DNA of 62,834 bases, the filler included, from Kipferlia bialata (taxonomy: Eukaryota): NCBI GenBank assembly GCA_003568945.1. It is 6 parts of 6 records of this genome, joined end to end, with 100 filler letters (N's around TTAATTAATTAA, not from the genome) between each part and the next. Parts side by side here need not be neighbours in the genome. Positions count along the whole stretch, not along the records: positions 31,486 to 41,874 come from BDIP01001439.1; positions 41,975 to 52,359 come from BDIP01001440.1; positions 52,460 to 62,834 come from BDIP01001441.1; 3 more parts are not named here. One strand, given 5' to 3'. The position numbers were made by a program, and so were the translations under genes. The notes under the pieces were generated by a model that searched no databases, was not told where the DNA came from, and saw only the letters and a program-made list of their open reading frames with translations. Position 1 is the stretch's first letter. Every line of letters begins with the position of its first letter. Below, piece by piece: positions 39,291 to 52,519 of the stretch.

Positions 39291-41974
39291 TTCGACATGG
39301 CCAAGGGGAGGCTACAGAGCCAAGGCAGGAGTGGGTGGGGGTCGGGTATCCTCGAGACCAAGACCTCGAGACCTGCAGTCAGGAGGGGATGAAGGTCTAT
39401 AAATATATATAGGTAGTATATATATATACATATAGGTAGTATATATTTATACATATATATATATATATATAATATATAATATATATATATATATGTATAT
39501 ATATTAACTGGAGAGGATGAAGGTCTACTTGGACGGTGTCACTTGTATGCGTATCGAAAGGCGTATACAACTTGGTATATAATATCTATGGTACACACAC
39601 ACATATATATATGGATACAAGACATACAAATACTGACGCAGTTACGTGTCTCTGTACTGAGAAGAACACATATATATGTATGCTATATACTATATACTTT
39701 ATATACTATATATACTATAAATACTCTTCTATATTAATGTGCTCGCCGCACCACTCCGCTGCTGCATGTATATATTCATGCATAATTCGTCACACATACA
39801 CATCTATATTCAATATTTGTTGTCTCTTCTATCAAATACTGTATCAGCAGTATAAATATTTTCATCAATATATACATATATACACTATATATAAGTATAG
39901 TTCAGCTATGTGTGGATAATAGTATTATATAATCATATTACATCATATATGTGTGTATCTGAATCTCTGTCTCACCCTTTAAAACCATCGGCAGGCGGTT
40001 GTCGATATGTGCGGCACACCCGACAGGAACCAGATGATATCTATCAACTTGGTCAGTATGCATATGTAATTCATATATATATACATGCACCATCTCCATG
40101 TAATGTAGATAAAGGGTGTAGAGAGGGAGAGAGAGAGGGAGAGAGGGAGGGAGAGAGAGAGAGGGAGAGGGAGAGAGAGAAAGAGAGAAACCCTGCCACA
40201 GTCTCCAGTGATGACTATGATACATGTATGTGTCTAAGAAAGATGACATATACATATATATATATATATATATATACATATATACCTGCCACAGTCTCCA
40301 GTGATGACTGTGTATATGGTCAGTACATATATAGTATATATGTACTATGTATATACATAGTATAACAGATGCCATATATATATATATCATTATATATAAA
40401 TATACATATACACACACACATAATTCCGGCACCTGATGGATTCAGGTGTTGCACCTTATATGGCCCAGGACAAACGGTCGAAACGCTGTGGAGCCTGGCA
40501 TGACCCGCTCTCAGGAGCAAGTTAGTGAGAGCCCAAGGCCTCTCAGACCAGTACAACTAGCCACATGCCCCATCATATACTCCCCTGAGAATGAGATGAC
40601 GATGAAAACAATATATATATGTATATATACATATATATATATATGAACACATATGCATATGTATACATATACTGCCCTGAGAATTTGAAGGTCGTGTATA
40701 TGATTTCATATATGTCCATATGTGTGCCAAGTGTCATGACATATTGTATATATATAGTATATATATAGTACATATATAGTATATATATAGTTCATACATA
40801 GTCCATATGCAGTCCATATTTAGTCTATATTTATAGTATGTTCATAGTATATATATAGTATATATTATATATAGTGTATATATAGTATATTATGTAGTGT
40901 ATATATAGAACATATGTAGTATATATAGAACATATCCTCTAGTATATATACAGTATATACAATACTAATATAATACATAGTATAATATGTAGTAAATGCA
41001 GTAGAAGATACAGCATAAATAGTATAATATATAGTCAACAGATATCACAATCAAAACTGGCATTGACATTGAGACACGCTTGTATATATATATATATATA
41101 TACAAAACAGACATACATGGGGGAGGCCATTCCCAAACCACCTAAATACATACGCTATTTAGACTTTGTAGGAAGAGTCTTTAGGTATATATATATACAT
41201 ATATTGACCCACTTACCCTAGAGCAGAGGCACATAGAGACAATGACAACCAAAGAGATCTACAGGAGTTGCCCACTTTTTTTTGAGGGTCTGGAGGCAGA
41301 CTCCCCGGAGGAGGCGAAGGGATGCCCGTCATGAGGTCACCCCGGAGGCTGAGGTCAGTATGTATATAGTATATACATAGTATATATACTAAATATATAG
41401 TATATTGCATATTGTAGTGCCCCTCACCAGTCAAACACCGGAGGAGGCTGCGGTCAGTATATATATCATATACATTGTATAATATACAGTATATATAGTA
41501 TATAGTACATATAGTATATACACACTGACTGTGGTCAGTATATGTATAGTATATACATAGTATATATTCTATATATATATTATACAGCAGATGTAGTATA
41601 AAACACAGTGACTGTGGTGAGTATTCATATTATATACGTAGTATAATACACAGTATATATATTGTAATCAAATAGTTAGATTCTCGGGTGTAAACAATGG
41701 ATACAAACAATACCTTGGGTTGTCTCCAGGCTGTACTCTGCTCTACTGCGAGATATGATTGCCAGGCCTGCACTAAAACCCATCAGGGACCTAGTAGGAG
41801 TTATTGTATATATATATATATATATATAGATATAGATATATATAGTTACTATATATCTAGTGAATAGTAAGTATNNNNNNNNNNNNNNNNNNNNNNNNNN
41901 NNNNNNNNNNNNNNNNNNTTAATTAATTAANNNNNNNNNNNNNNNNNNNNNNNNNNNNNNNNNNNNNNNNNNNN

Positions 41975-42022
<48 letters not shown>

Positions 42023-42029
42023 GAGAGGG

Positions 42030-42433
42030 AGAGCCATACACAATGCCGAACCAGGGATGCTAGGCCGGGTACCACCCCATCACCCTCCTGTGCCCTGACA
42101 AGTACCATCACTATACTGATATAGAAGTCACTGGCCAGGGGGGCATCCTTCTCTGAATGTAAACACAGTATAGATAATGAGAACCACTTCAGTACGGGGG
42201 GGGGGGGGTACCCTCTCGCCGAGGAGGGGACAACGTATTCCAACGTTAAGAGATAGTTGCCCAGTCATATACATACACACACATATGTATAACAAGAGTG
42301 TACATAAGTGATTACCTGGCAGAGCTGCATGCTCTATGATGTATGCATAGATGGCATCCAAGTGAGGGTCCCTGTCCTCGGCGCCCAGATAGCCAACTAT
42401 CAGGTCTCTAACATCGTCTGCGGAGTATGCCAT
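42030..42433 (-). CDS. First exons of an unknown protein (MAYSADDVRDLIVGYLGAEDRDPHLDAIYAYIIEHAALP|G...), 3'-truncated
   Basis: ATG at 42433, GT donor near 42314, downstream exon DFYISIVMVLVRAQEGDGVVPGLASLVRHC running into a poly-C tract at the contig end. Confidence 0.5.
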
Positions 42434-42962
42434 ACTCAGCCAATAGACAAGGAGAGGATCGGTTCAGGGAAACGGCCATGAACCCTTTTCTTAAATGGCA
42501 AAGCAAAAACTTAAAAGTAGAGGGTGCTGGCGCCCCCCTCCGGGTGTTGTGTATAGATAGCACAATAGAAATTCCTTTGTCTTGTGGGTAGTGGTCATGG
42601 TGTCTATTGCAACTAATATCTCTCCTTGAGAAGACTGGTGTTTCCTATAGATAACTACAGTAATCTTAGGGAACTTGTGCCACCAAACCATGATGCAAGA
42701 TCCATCATCACGAATGAATGAAGCAGTAAGCAAGGCTTGGCTAATGGTATATACATCCCACTACTGAAGGCTGGGTCCCAGCATGCCGTAAACAGAGTAA
42801 CGGGAGCATACACAAAGGCGAGCTACATACGTCCCTGCTAATGGATGGGCAGAGGGAGGGCACGCGAGAAAGAAGTCCTCTCTCGTAACAGAACACTGTC
42901 ATTGACAGCCTGCACACACCACCATGTAGTGTTAGTAGGTATAGAAGCCTGGGTCTCCATGG

Positions 42963-45900
42963 CTATGTGTCCTCGACATCCTGCCAGATACGGGAGTAGG
43001 CAGACTAGGGGTGAGAGAACAATCAAGACAGAGGGTAAATAGACACATACAGTACATGCCAACATATTTACTATTGAATTGATCCTTACATACATATATC
43101 CCCTACCCACCTGCACTGTCTCGATAGATGGCACCAGTCCCTCTCTGATGTACAGACCATCCACACCCATCACTATCCTGGGGGTCAGGGATACATATAG
43201 AATGGACAACTGTGAATGGACGGAATACTGACACCAAGTGATCATCTATGTATTAGTCTATCTGCCACTCACCTGGGCACCCTGTAGTCTCTGTCCGGCA
43301 TGCATGGGAGGGCAGGGGTGACACCAGTACACACACCACTAGGCATGGCACCAGGCACAGTGACAGAGGGAGGGGCAGGGAGGGATGGGGTGCTGTGGAT
43401 GGACGGGAGAACAACCTCCTGGGGGTGAGTGTCATTACATACATACACATATATAAATATAGATCCGGTATATATACATATATATATATATGCGGGAGGA
43501 CAACCTCCTGGGGGTGAGTGTAAGTATATATANNNNNNNNNNNNNNNNNNNNNNNNNNNNNNNNNNNNNNNNNNNNNNNNNNNNNNNNNNNNNNNNNNNN
43601 NNNNNNNNNNNNNNNNNNNNNNNNNNNNNNNNCCAATACCTTTGGGAGAACAACCTCCTGGGGGTGAGAATCTGAGTGCGTATAGTATATATACACTCAT
43701 TATTGATAGATTAATACGTATTCTATTATTGCGGGAGGACAACCTCCTGGGGGTGAGTGTCAAGTTACATATATACACATATATAAGTATAGATCTATTG
43801 GAGAACTCCCCATCTTCGGGTACCGCTCTGAGAAGTGGGTTGGTATCAGAGGATATATAATATACTGCATTAGTATATATATACAGTAATAAGTATATAT
43901 ATATATAGATATATAACTCCAATACCTTTGGGTACCGCTGTGAGAAGTGGGTCAGGATGATGGTGTCTGCCCTCAGGGACTGGCCAACACCTGATGTGAG
44001 GGGTATATAGAGTGAGTATGTGTCCAGTTACCAGTACCAGTGGAGTATAGAGCTTGCATAGATTTGTCCATTGTACCTAGTGCCTCCGAGAGTGTAGAGT
44101 GGCTCTTCTCCCCGTCTCCATATATAGTATACATATATAGTATATATAGATAGTATCTGGATATACTCTGCATACCTAATGCCTCCGACAAAGTCGAGTG
44201 GCTCTTCTCCTGTGCCTCCACTACCAAGTCATCACTGAAGGTGGCCTCGTGCACCAACACCAGCCGCACTTCCCTTCTCTCTCCATCAGTTCTCTTAGAA
44301 GGTGTGATGGCTGATCTGACCCGCGAGATAGAGGCACAGCACGTGTCAAAGAGGCGAGGGTTCTCGGTTACAGGTCGACAGTCACCTGGAGAGTGAGGTA
44401 TGTCTCATGTAAATCCCAATAAACAATAGAGATGGAAATGGTGTACCAGATATTAACAAATTATGTACCTGTGAATACATAAGCTGTGGCCCTTGAGTCT
44501 GGTGTGTCTGTCCCTGCTACACCTACCACTACACCATGGGCATTGGGGGTGTGGCTGGGTGTAAGAGGCATCACTTAGTAATACTTGACACACATACACA
44601 AGTGTATATATCAGATGTGCCACTCACGATACTGGGAATGCGGCCACTGACACCCCTGGGGATAGGACAGAGGGGGTGTCCTCAAAGGAGAGGATCCTGG
44701 GGGTCAGGGACTGGTTCATACAAAGAAGTACAAAAACAATGACACAGGATCGAATACAGTCCTGATGCCATGGTGAATACAAGATATTATATATTTAATA
44801 TAACGCACCTGGCCTGTGGCAGGTGTGACATGGCCAGGGACAGCTGTGTCACTATGTACTCATGGAGTCTAGGGGGTGCCACAATGACAGGACAGGCACC
44901 CAGGGCCTGGGCAGAGCGCACAACGGTGAAGAGACCCTAGGGGGTGAGGAGAGTATTCATTATATGTATTACTATCAGGTGATAACTATACTGACTCAAC
45001 GGTGAAGAGACCCTAAGGGGTTAGGGGTTGAAGTTATATATATACTTGCTCGTATATACTCATATAGTACTACTATCCATACCAGGTAGTGGTCTGCGTG
45101 GGAGTGTGTGATGTAGACCATCAAGAGTGATGACAGCACTCTGTCTGTCATCTCCTGGCCCAGGTACCGCACCATCTGGCCCAGAGTGCCCTCACCAGCA
45201 TCAACCAGGACACACTGCTGCCTAGGATGAGACGGTGAAGAGGGTATATAATATATATAAATGCATATGTAATTATCAACAAGGACACACTGCTGCCTGA
45301 GGATAGGTACTGTCATACTATGTATAGCTGCTATAGGAGAAGTATAGAACCAATCACTATGGACTGCTCCTGGCCGAGAGCTGGACGCAGTACCATTGAT
45401 AGCACTCATACCTTGGCAGAAGGAGAAGTTGCGATGTCACGTTGCGGTGCTTGCTGGGGAGAGAGGCACCAGTACCTGGAAGTAAGATGCAGAGAGTATA
45501 TGAACCTATCCTATACCTACACATATAGCCCACCTAGTAGAATGACTCCATGGCTGGACACCCCCTTCTCTCCCTCTCCCTCTCTCTCTCCTACTGTGAG
45601 TGTACTAGACCCAGTACCAGGTGGAGTAGGGGTGCCCTCAGAGGCCGTCATTGCAGTGTCAGTCTCTCTCTCTCTCTTAGCCTTCTCCTCGGTTACCCTC
45701 TCCCCCTCCCTCTCTCTGACCCTCTCTGTCAGAGCAGCAAGACTCTCCTCCACAACGTACTGAGTACGGAACTCGGCCATGTCCTCTGATGATATGGGTA
45801 GGACACCCTAAAGGTTAGGAGGGGGATACAAAGAGTATGGAGATAGTGTACTCTCTAGGAACACTGAGAGGGAATGTATATCACTCATATATATACCTGC

Positions 45901-48452
45901 GTGTATCTCTGCCTGGTACTAGGCATGAGTCTAATCTCGCACATTGGCTCAATCATTGTGTATGGCACCCTCTCCCCCTCTGCAGCACTATGGGTGTTGG
46001 ACAGAGAGGACATGGCCACATCACTAGAGGATATGTGCACTAGAGAGGGGGAGGCAAGGATAGTGGTTGCAGGGTTGGTGGGCTTGGTCTCGTGGATGGG
46101 GAGGAAGGCGTGTCTGGCCTGGGGTGAGGGTATGCATACATACAGTATATATATATACATCACACACCTGTGACCTAGGCAGTGCCTCTCTGAGTGTCCT
46201 TCTTCTCATTGCCATGGATCGGAAGATGGCACCCCCCTGGCCACGACCATACCCATAGCTGGGGTCAGGGTATGTACTAGAAACCATAATGAACATACAC
46301 ACTGACTAGATATAGCCGTAGCTGGGGTTATCATAAGAGAGGTGTATCTATAGACTATTGTGCGAACAGATGCATTACTGCTCATCTACCCACGTACATG
46401 TCACACCCCTGGGCACTGAGACTGTGGACAAGGGCAGAGGTCAGGCAGCTGGGGGTCAGATGATGGTGTATAAATGTATGTATATGGTACATAATATGTA
46501 GAAATACACACTTTACGGTGGACAAGGGCAGAGGTCAGCCAGGTGGGTTAAGAAAACATGTAATGGACATATATATTAATACATACACTATGTGTAATAC
46601 ATATATATATGAGACTGTGGACAAGGGCAGAGGTCAGGCAGCTGGGGGTGAGGGGCATAGGAATACCAATATGTGCACTTGGACTATATCCTATACAATT
46701 TGATAACTACTACACACACACCTGTGGTGCAATATATGTGGTGATAAGACATATACATTCAGTGTATTAGTAGTATGTGCATATCATATACAGTATATAA
46801 TCAGTATATACCTGTGGTGCACTATGACTGGAGACCCCTTGGTCAGTGCCAGTGCCTCATGATCAATCAGACAGTCAAACACAGAGGCAGAGGCAGGTGG
46901 TGTGTTAGTACTAGGCGGTGGCATCAGTATGACCACGTCTGGACAGCTGACAGGGATCACAACGTCCTGGGGGGTCACGACGTCACCATTAGGGAGGGTG
47001 ACGGAGAGGCCTGGAATGTGAGGGTGGAAAGATGCAAGTGAAACAGTTAATAGATAGGACAACAAATACCCACCTCTCATGAGCTTCCCGTAGTCTGGCC
47101 CAGGCTTTAGACCCAGCTTCTTGGCTGTCTTTGAGTCAAACCGACCAGGGACGTCCTTGGCAGACACTCTGGGGGTGAGATGGACATATGTATAAATGTA
47201 CACAATCGGCCACCAATATAGACGACATGGCAATAGGGTTCTCAGATTCAGGGGCAATTACAATGGATACTTGACTAGGCATCGCTAAGTTCAATAGTGA
47301 GATACCTGAAGCCCAGGAGCTGTGAGTTGGACCTGTCAAAGAGGGGGATGACCTGGGGTAAGAGGTCAATGCTCAGTATATATAAATACTTATAAATACA
47401 TATCGATACATCCACCATGTTGTGAAAGAGGGGTATGACTTAAGGAGGAGAGGTCATTGATTATGTGTATGTACCTTTGTGCTCTGTGTCAGCACTGCCT
47501 GGTCCTTCGAAAATATACACATTATGCATACATATATATATACATGCGTGATATATGAATACATATGCCAATAAACATACAATGTTACCTTTGTGCTCTG
47601 TGTCAGCACTGCCTGGTCCTTGGGCAGACTGGAAAATGTGATGTTGGAGAACACATGGTCATGCGCCACGACTCTTAGGGTCAGAGTAAGTAGAAGAAGA
47701 GAATGAATATATATCACATTATGGCACTATCCCATGAAACCTGATTCCTTATTGAAATGAAATAGAAGAGAGTTGATCCTCCCAACATGGATGTAAATAG
47801 GAATATATACCCAAGTGTATCAGTGTCCATACCTTAAAGAGTCCTTGAACCGTGCCAGCCAGTCTGTGGCATCATGGGAGTCAGAGGCTGGGGGTCAGAT
47901 GGGTGTGTATGAATATTCATATATGTACCACAGGAATAGTTCATATTTTCACCAGTGTGTGTGGATGTGACGCTGACCACATTCAGATACATTCACACAG
48001 TATACACATTCCACCTAGATGCAACCTAAATACACACATACCGGGTGCTGGTCCGTGTATGTGCATGGTGGGTGGTTCATCAAGGGTCAGGGTCAGGACC
48101 TGGGAGGTGAGGGGAGTGGTGTAGTTACACGGAAGCAGAATATATGTATATGGCCATGTGGGTATATATATATTAATCGTCAGGGTCAGGACCTAGGGGG
48201 TTGGGGAAAAGAACACACAAATGCCATAATCACACATGAATCACTCACCAGTCCCGGCAGTCCCTCAAAGTCCCTGGGACTGAAGGAGGACAGGAAGATG
48301 TGACTGGAGGTAAGGGAGAGAGGGTGTGCGTATGCCAAGAGAAACAACGGAATTAATTATGGCTCTATATACATGTATGTGTTGTGTGAAGGATACCCAC
48401 CTGACTCTCTTTGGCTTGAGCTTGTATTCAAACAGAGCACGCTGGGTGCCAC
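42963..48452 (-). CDS. ELAC2: tRNase Z, long form (ELAC2/Trz1-like metallo-beta-lactamase), first exon(s) missing
   Basis: Spliced motifs GTQRALFEYKLKPKRVSHIFLS..EGLPGL, exosite PGRFDSKTAKKLGLKPGPDYGKLMRG, LVDAGEGTLGQM, YITHSHADHYLG (HxHxDH), GDCRP, LVHEATF, HST and ILTHFSQRYPK. Stop TAG at 42965-42963. Confidence 0.9.
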
Positions 48453-48694
48453 CTGGGGTCAGGTTGGGGGGGGGGGGCATACAATAATTACATATAGTGA
48501 TATATATGGGGGGTATAGGTAGGACATGCTAGGTGCCACCTGGGATGGGGGGGATACTGCAAGATATATAGTGCAAGTAGGAAGTGGGAAGGGAGGTATA
48601 AGCAACATTGGGGTTAGAAAGGGGGGGGGGGGGCTATAATAGGGGTAAGGGGATCTGAGAGGGGAGGAGATAGGAATTCTAGAGAGGCTCTTAC

Positions 48695-49363
48695 CTCACA
48701 GTGTAGAAGGCTTCGCCTGGCACGACGTAAGTGTTCACAGTGAAAGTGAAGTCGAGAGGCTGGCCGTCATATGCTGGGGTGAGAAGACGTAGAAGTATGA
48801 GGAACCATTGAGAGACAAAGGGAGAGAGGGTGCCCCACTATTGTACATCACTATAGACTGAGTGCGTAGAGCATAAATCACACCTGTAAGCTCGCTGACC
48901 CACACATTGTCGGTGGTCAGGTAGTGGTGACCCTCCCACTTGCTGACATCAGCGTACACAGTGGTTCCAACCTAACATTAGACCATATGTCTACCATACC
49001 ACAACACTTGTAAGCCTGGAGCAGAATTCTCCCCTATTCGGACGAGTAGTAACCACAAACCTGGAGGGCGTAAGAATCCTGAGATACACCAGAGGTAGCC
49101 CAGTCAGCAGATATGTGGAAGCCAGAGACTCCCACAGGATGCACATGATCCTCGTTGAGATCAAGCTGGCTGTTCTGCCAGGTGATGATGAGATCATCCC
49201 AGTTACTGGAGTCAGGGGAATGTTAGAGGCAGGAGTACTGTCAGAGTGAGAGGTGTCACAGTGATCGAACTCACCCAAGCATCATGGAAGGTAGTGATGA
49301 CTCTGACTGTGCCACGCACACCGCCAGGAGGCATGCGACACACAGGAGGGCGAGTTTCTTCAT
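48695..49363 (-). CDS. Putative secreted protein, N-terminal exons only
   Basis: ATG at 49363 gives signal-peptide-like MKKLALLCVACLLAVCVAQ. In-frame exons continue GNWDDLIITWQNSQLDLNEDHVHPVG...SYALQ / VGTTVYADVSKWEGHHYLTTDNVW / YDGQPLDFTFTVNTYVVPGEAFYTV. No plausible downstream exon found. Confidence 0.6.
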
Positions 49364-49620
49364 TCCTTGTGATAGGGAGAGTCATATTGGTCCCCACACT
49401 GACAATCATCATCCAATCAAACACAGTGCACTGGACCCTTTGGTGTCATTGGACTAACGAGTCAGGTGGTTCAAGTGCAAGTTGCATTTGAGCGTTGGCG
49501 ATGTGTTCAACTTAGCACAAAGAACCACACCTCAATTTCCGACAATTCTCGGAGAACTCCGGAAAGACAACAAACGCAGCCAGAAAGCAGGGCCCACGTC
49601 CCTTCTGCGTGACAGGAAAA

Positions 49621-50367
49621 ATGGCCCCCGTACGTGAGCTATATGTAGTTATGCGTAGTATGTGGATTGTGGGTGTGTTGAGTGCTGCGTTGCGTTGTTT
49701 TCAGGGCTCTGTGGGTTGATTTGCAGCGGTTTCTGCTTCTTTCGGGTTCTTGCCCGTTGTGATGGTGTTGTTGATGGTTTGACTTACCCTAGGCTGATCC
49801 CAACACCGTTGTGAACGTTGTCCTTCGCGTCATTGGAGGCGAGGTTGTCCAGGTCGCCAAGATCTCTCAGAAGCTTGGACCTATGGGAGTCAACACCCGT
49901 GCCATCGCCGGTGACCTCACCAAGGCTGTCGAGGACTGGCCCGGTATCCGTGTGACCGTGAACGTGGCTATCCTTAACCGCCAGGGAACCGTGTCCAGTA
50001 CGTGATGTGTTGTATACATTGTATGTGAGGGTTAATGGCTATGATGTGTATACCTATTGTTGTTCTTACCTCAGTCATCCCCACCGCTTCTTCCCTTGTG
50101 ATCAAGGCCCTCAACGAGCCCAAGCGCAACAGGAAGGAGGAGGAGATGACCCACGACGGAACCGTCCCCTTTGACGCCATCTGCTCTATCGCCAAGCAGA
50201 TCCACCACAAGTCTTACGCCATGGAGCTCGCCGGAACCGTCAAGTCCGTGCTTGGATCTTGCGTGTCCGTGGGATGCTCCATCCTTGTTGATGGAGAGAC
50301 CATGTGCCCCCAGGACGTCATCGAGATGATCCAGGACGGCGACCTCACTGTGCCCGACCTCGAGTAA
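49621..50367 (+). CDS. RPL12: 60S ribosomal protein L12 (uL11), 168 aa, two introns
   Basis: Exons 49621-49629, 49793-49997 and 50075-50367 give MAPADPNTVVNVVLRVIGGEV...KLGPMG...IIPTASSLVIKALNEPKRNRK...GTVKSVLGSCVSVGC, with strong C-ending codon bias. Confidence 0.95.
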
Positions 50368-50763
50368 ACTTGCGACATTTAATCACTTATATGGTTATGT
50401 GTAGTAGAATAGACTTGATAGTATTCTTATGCAGTGGGTAATTGGTCTGGGTGTTTGAATGGGAAGTAGAGTGCCTTGCCTTGGACTGGAAGTTCGGTGG
50501 TAAAACAAGTGTCTGTATGGTCTTTGCAACCAATACCTGTGGATCTGTCCTGTGTTTCAGCGGTCACTGAGGGGGGCATTGGCTGACACACACACAATAG
50601 AGTGAATGCACGTACTCATACCACTGCTGTCCAAGCCAGTCAATCATCCAGTCATTACACAAACCACATCCCAAGCTAGGAAGAGTATCGTGAAGTTCCA
50701 AGTTATCTATTCGAACCAAGAATCAAACATACATCAATGGACTGTAATCTATACTCATTCTGC

Positions 50764-51273
50764 TTAGAACCTCATCTCGTGGAAGCGCTGGCCCTTGGTG
50801 AGAGCGAACTTGCTCTTAAGGTACTTCTTCATGTTGGGGATGGCAGCAACCTTGGGCATGATGAAGGCATCGAGGGCCTTCTGGGAAGAAAGGAACTCGG
50901 GGGCGAGCACGCGCTTGTTCTCGGCGTCCTCCATGAACTCCTCCTCGGTAGAGGCGGCCTTAGCCCTGGGCTTCTTGAACCACTCCTCGGACACAGCAGA
51001 CACATCCACTCCCTCAAGGGGAAGCACGGTGGAGGTGGGCTGCACACGGGACTGCATGACGCGGTGGAGGGGGACTCCGTTGATCTTGTAGGGTCCAGTG
51101 ACCAGGAGGAGGCCGGAATCCAGCTGTCCGAGGCACACCACGCGGTTACCGGCGAAGCGTCCGGACAGGAGGATCAGGATAGAACCAACCTTGATGGAAG
51201 AGCGGAGCTTGGTGGGGTTGTGCTTGGTCCTGTTGGACTTGAGAGGCGTGTTCTTGCGCTCAGTGGGGTACAT
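50764..51273 (-). CDS. RPL6: 60S ribosomal protein L6 (eL6), 169 aa; probable 5'-UTR intron (acceptor at 51295)
   Basis: KLRSSIKVGSILILLSGRFAGNRVVCLGQLDSGLLLVTGPYKINGVPLHRV...YLKSKFALTKGQRFHEMRF. A CTAACCCTAG acceptor lies just upstream of the ATG. Confidence 0.93.
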   Translation of the reverse strand: MYPTERKNTPLKSNRTKHNPTKLRSSIKVGSILILLSGRFAGNRVVCLGQLDSGLLLVTGPYKINGVPLHRVMQSRVQPTSTVLPLEGVDVSAVSEEWFKKPRAKAASTEEEFMEDAENKRVLAPEFLSSQKALDAFIMPKVAAIPNMKKYLKSKFALTKGQRFHEMRF

Positions 51274-52161
51274 AGCGACAGTCTTAGCAGAGACCTAGGG
51301 TTAGAAGGGAAAGGACGCCCCAAACTCACCGAAACACTCCCTACCCGCCCAAAACCCAACGCAATAGCTTCCCAGGCCACAGATCCCACATCATACACTC
51401 CAGAACCCCACACACCTTCATTTCTACCCTCTCACAGTCAAAAGACCCCTTTCTCTGCTTTTGCTCGCATCTCCATATTCTGCTCACAATTTCCGGTACG
51501 AGAGTCGGATAGTCTCAGTTTTATGAACACTCAAATGCACAAACCCTGTTTCGATATGCTCAAAAACATTGTTTTTGCTACTGAACCATCTCCAGACTCG
51601 CCCCTGTAAGGGGAACCAGCAGCATTGACCCGACGTACAGGGTATTATTGACCACAATAAAGCTATATCCTCTGGATTACGGTGTGAACACTCGATATGG
51701 GGCTGTTTTGGGCAGTGCCCATTTGCAACAAACGATCATTAGTTTAACGACCTCTCAACTCGATACTCGACTCCATCAATGACTTGCATGTCATACTCAA
51801 GAGGATCCTAGGGGAAAGATAGGGAAGGGGGGGATGGGCGAGGGACATGGCTGGCGCCTGGCAATGGTTTACTATTCTTAGGGCCCTTCAGCAGAGGCTG
51901 CACGCACGTCATCTCATTACAAAAAAGATCCACAGTGTGGATTCCACACAGACAACAATGCCATCCTCAGTAGACGTATACCAAACTGGTTGGACACACT
52001 CAATTACCCTGCCCTACAGCGATACAGTGGGTCCATGATATTTGCAGTGCCACAGCCATCTCTTCTTGCACCTCATATCATTGATCTTACTGAACCCTCA
52101 GATAATCAACTATCGATTCCCTACACTGTGATTCTATCATGCTCTTCAACACATCTCAAGG

Positions 52162-52250
52162 ATGAGTAGAATGCTTGCGCAGATTCGGAAGCTGGTAGAG
52201 GACGATAAGATATACGAGGCAGAGCAATCCTGCAATGCCATGGCTTTCAG
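52162..52250 (+). CDS. First exon of a GET4-like protein (truncated by contig end)
   Basis: MSRMLAQIRKLVEDDKIYEAEQSCNAMAFR followed by a GTGAG donor. Resembles the Get4 N-terminal 'G.YYEAHQ....L..RY' motif (from memory). Only 30 aa are available. Confidence 0.45.
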
Positions 52251-52308
52251 GTGAGAGTGTAGGTCGAGTCACTGGCTGATTCCTCTCATCATAGTGGGGT
52301 CTTGTCTC

Positions 52309-52359
<51 letters not shown>

Positions 52360-52468
52360 NNNNNNNNNNNNNNNNNNNNNNNNNNNNNNNNNNNNNNNNN
52401 NNNTTAATTAATTAANNNNNNNNNNNNNNNNNNNNNNNNNNNNNNNNNNNNNNNNNNNNAAGGGTGTA

Positions 52469-52517
<49 letters not shown>

Positions 52518-52519
52518 AC

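Noticed and set aside
50737..51609. 290-aa plus-strand ORF
   Set aside because: Antisense shadow of the codon-biased RPL6 gene.
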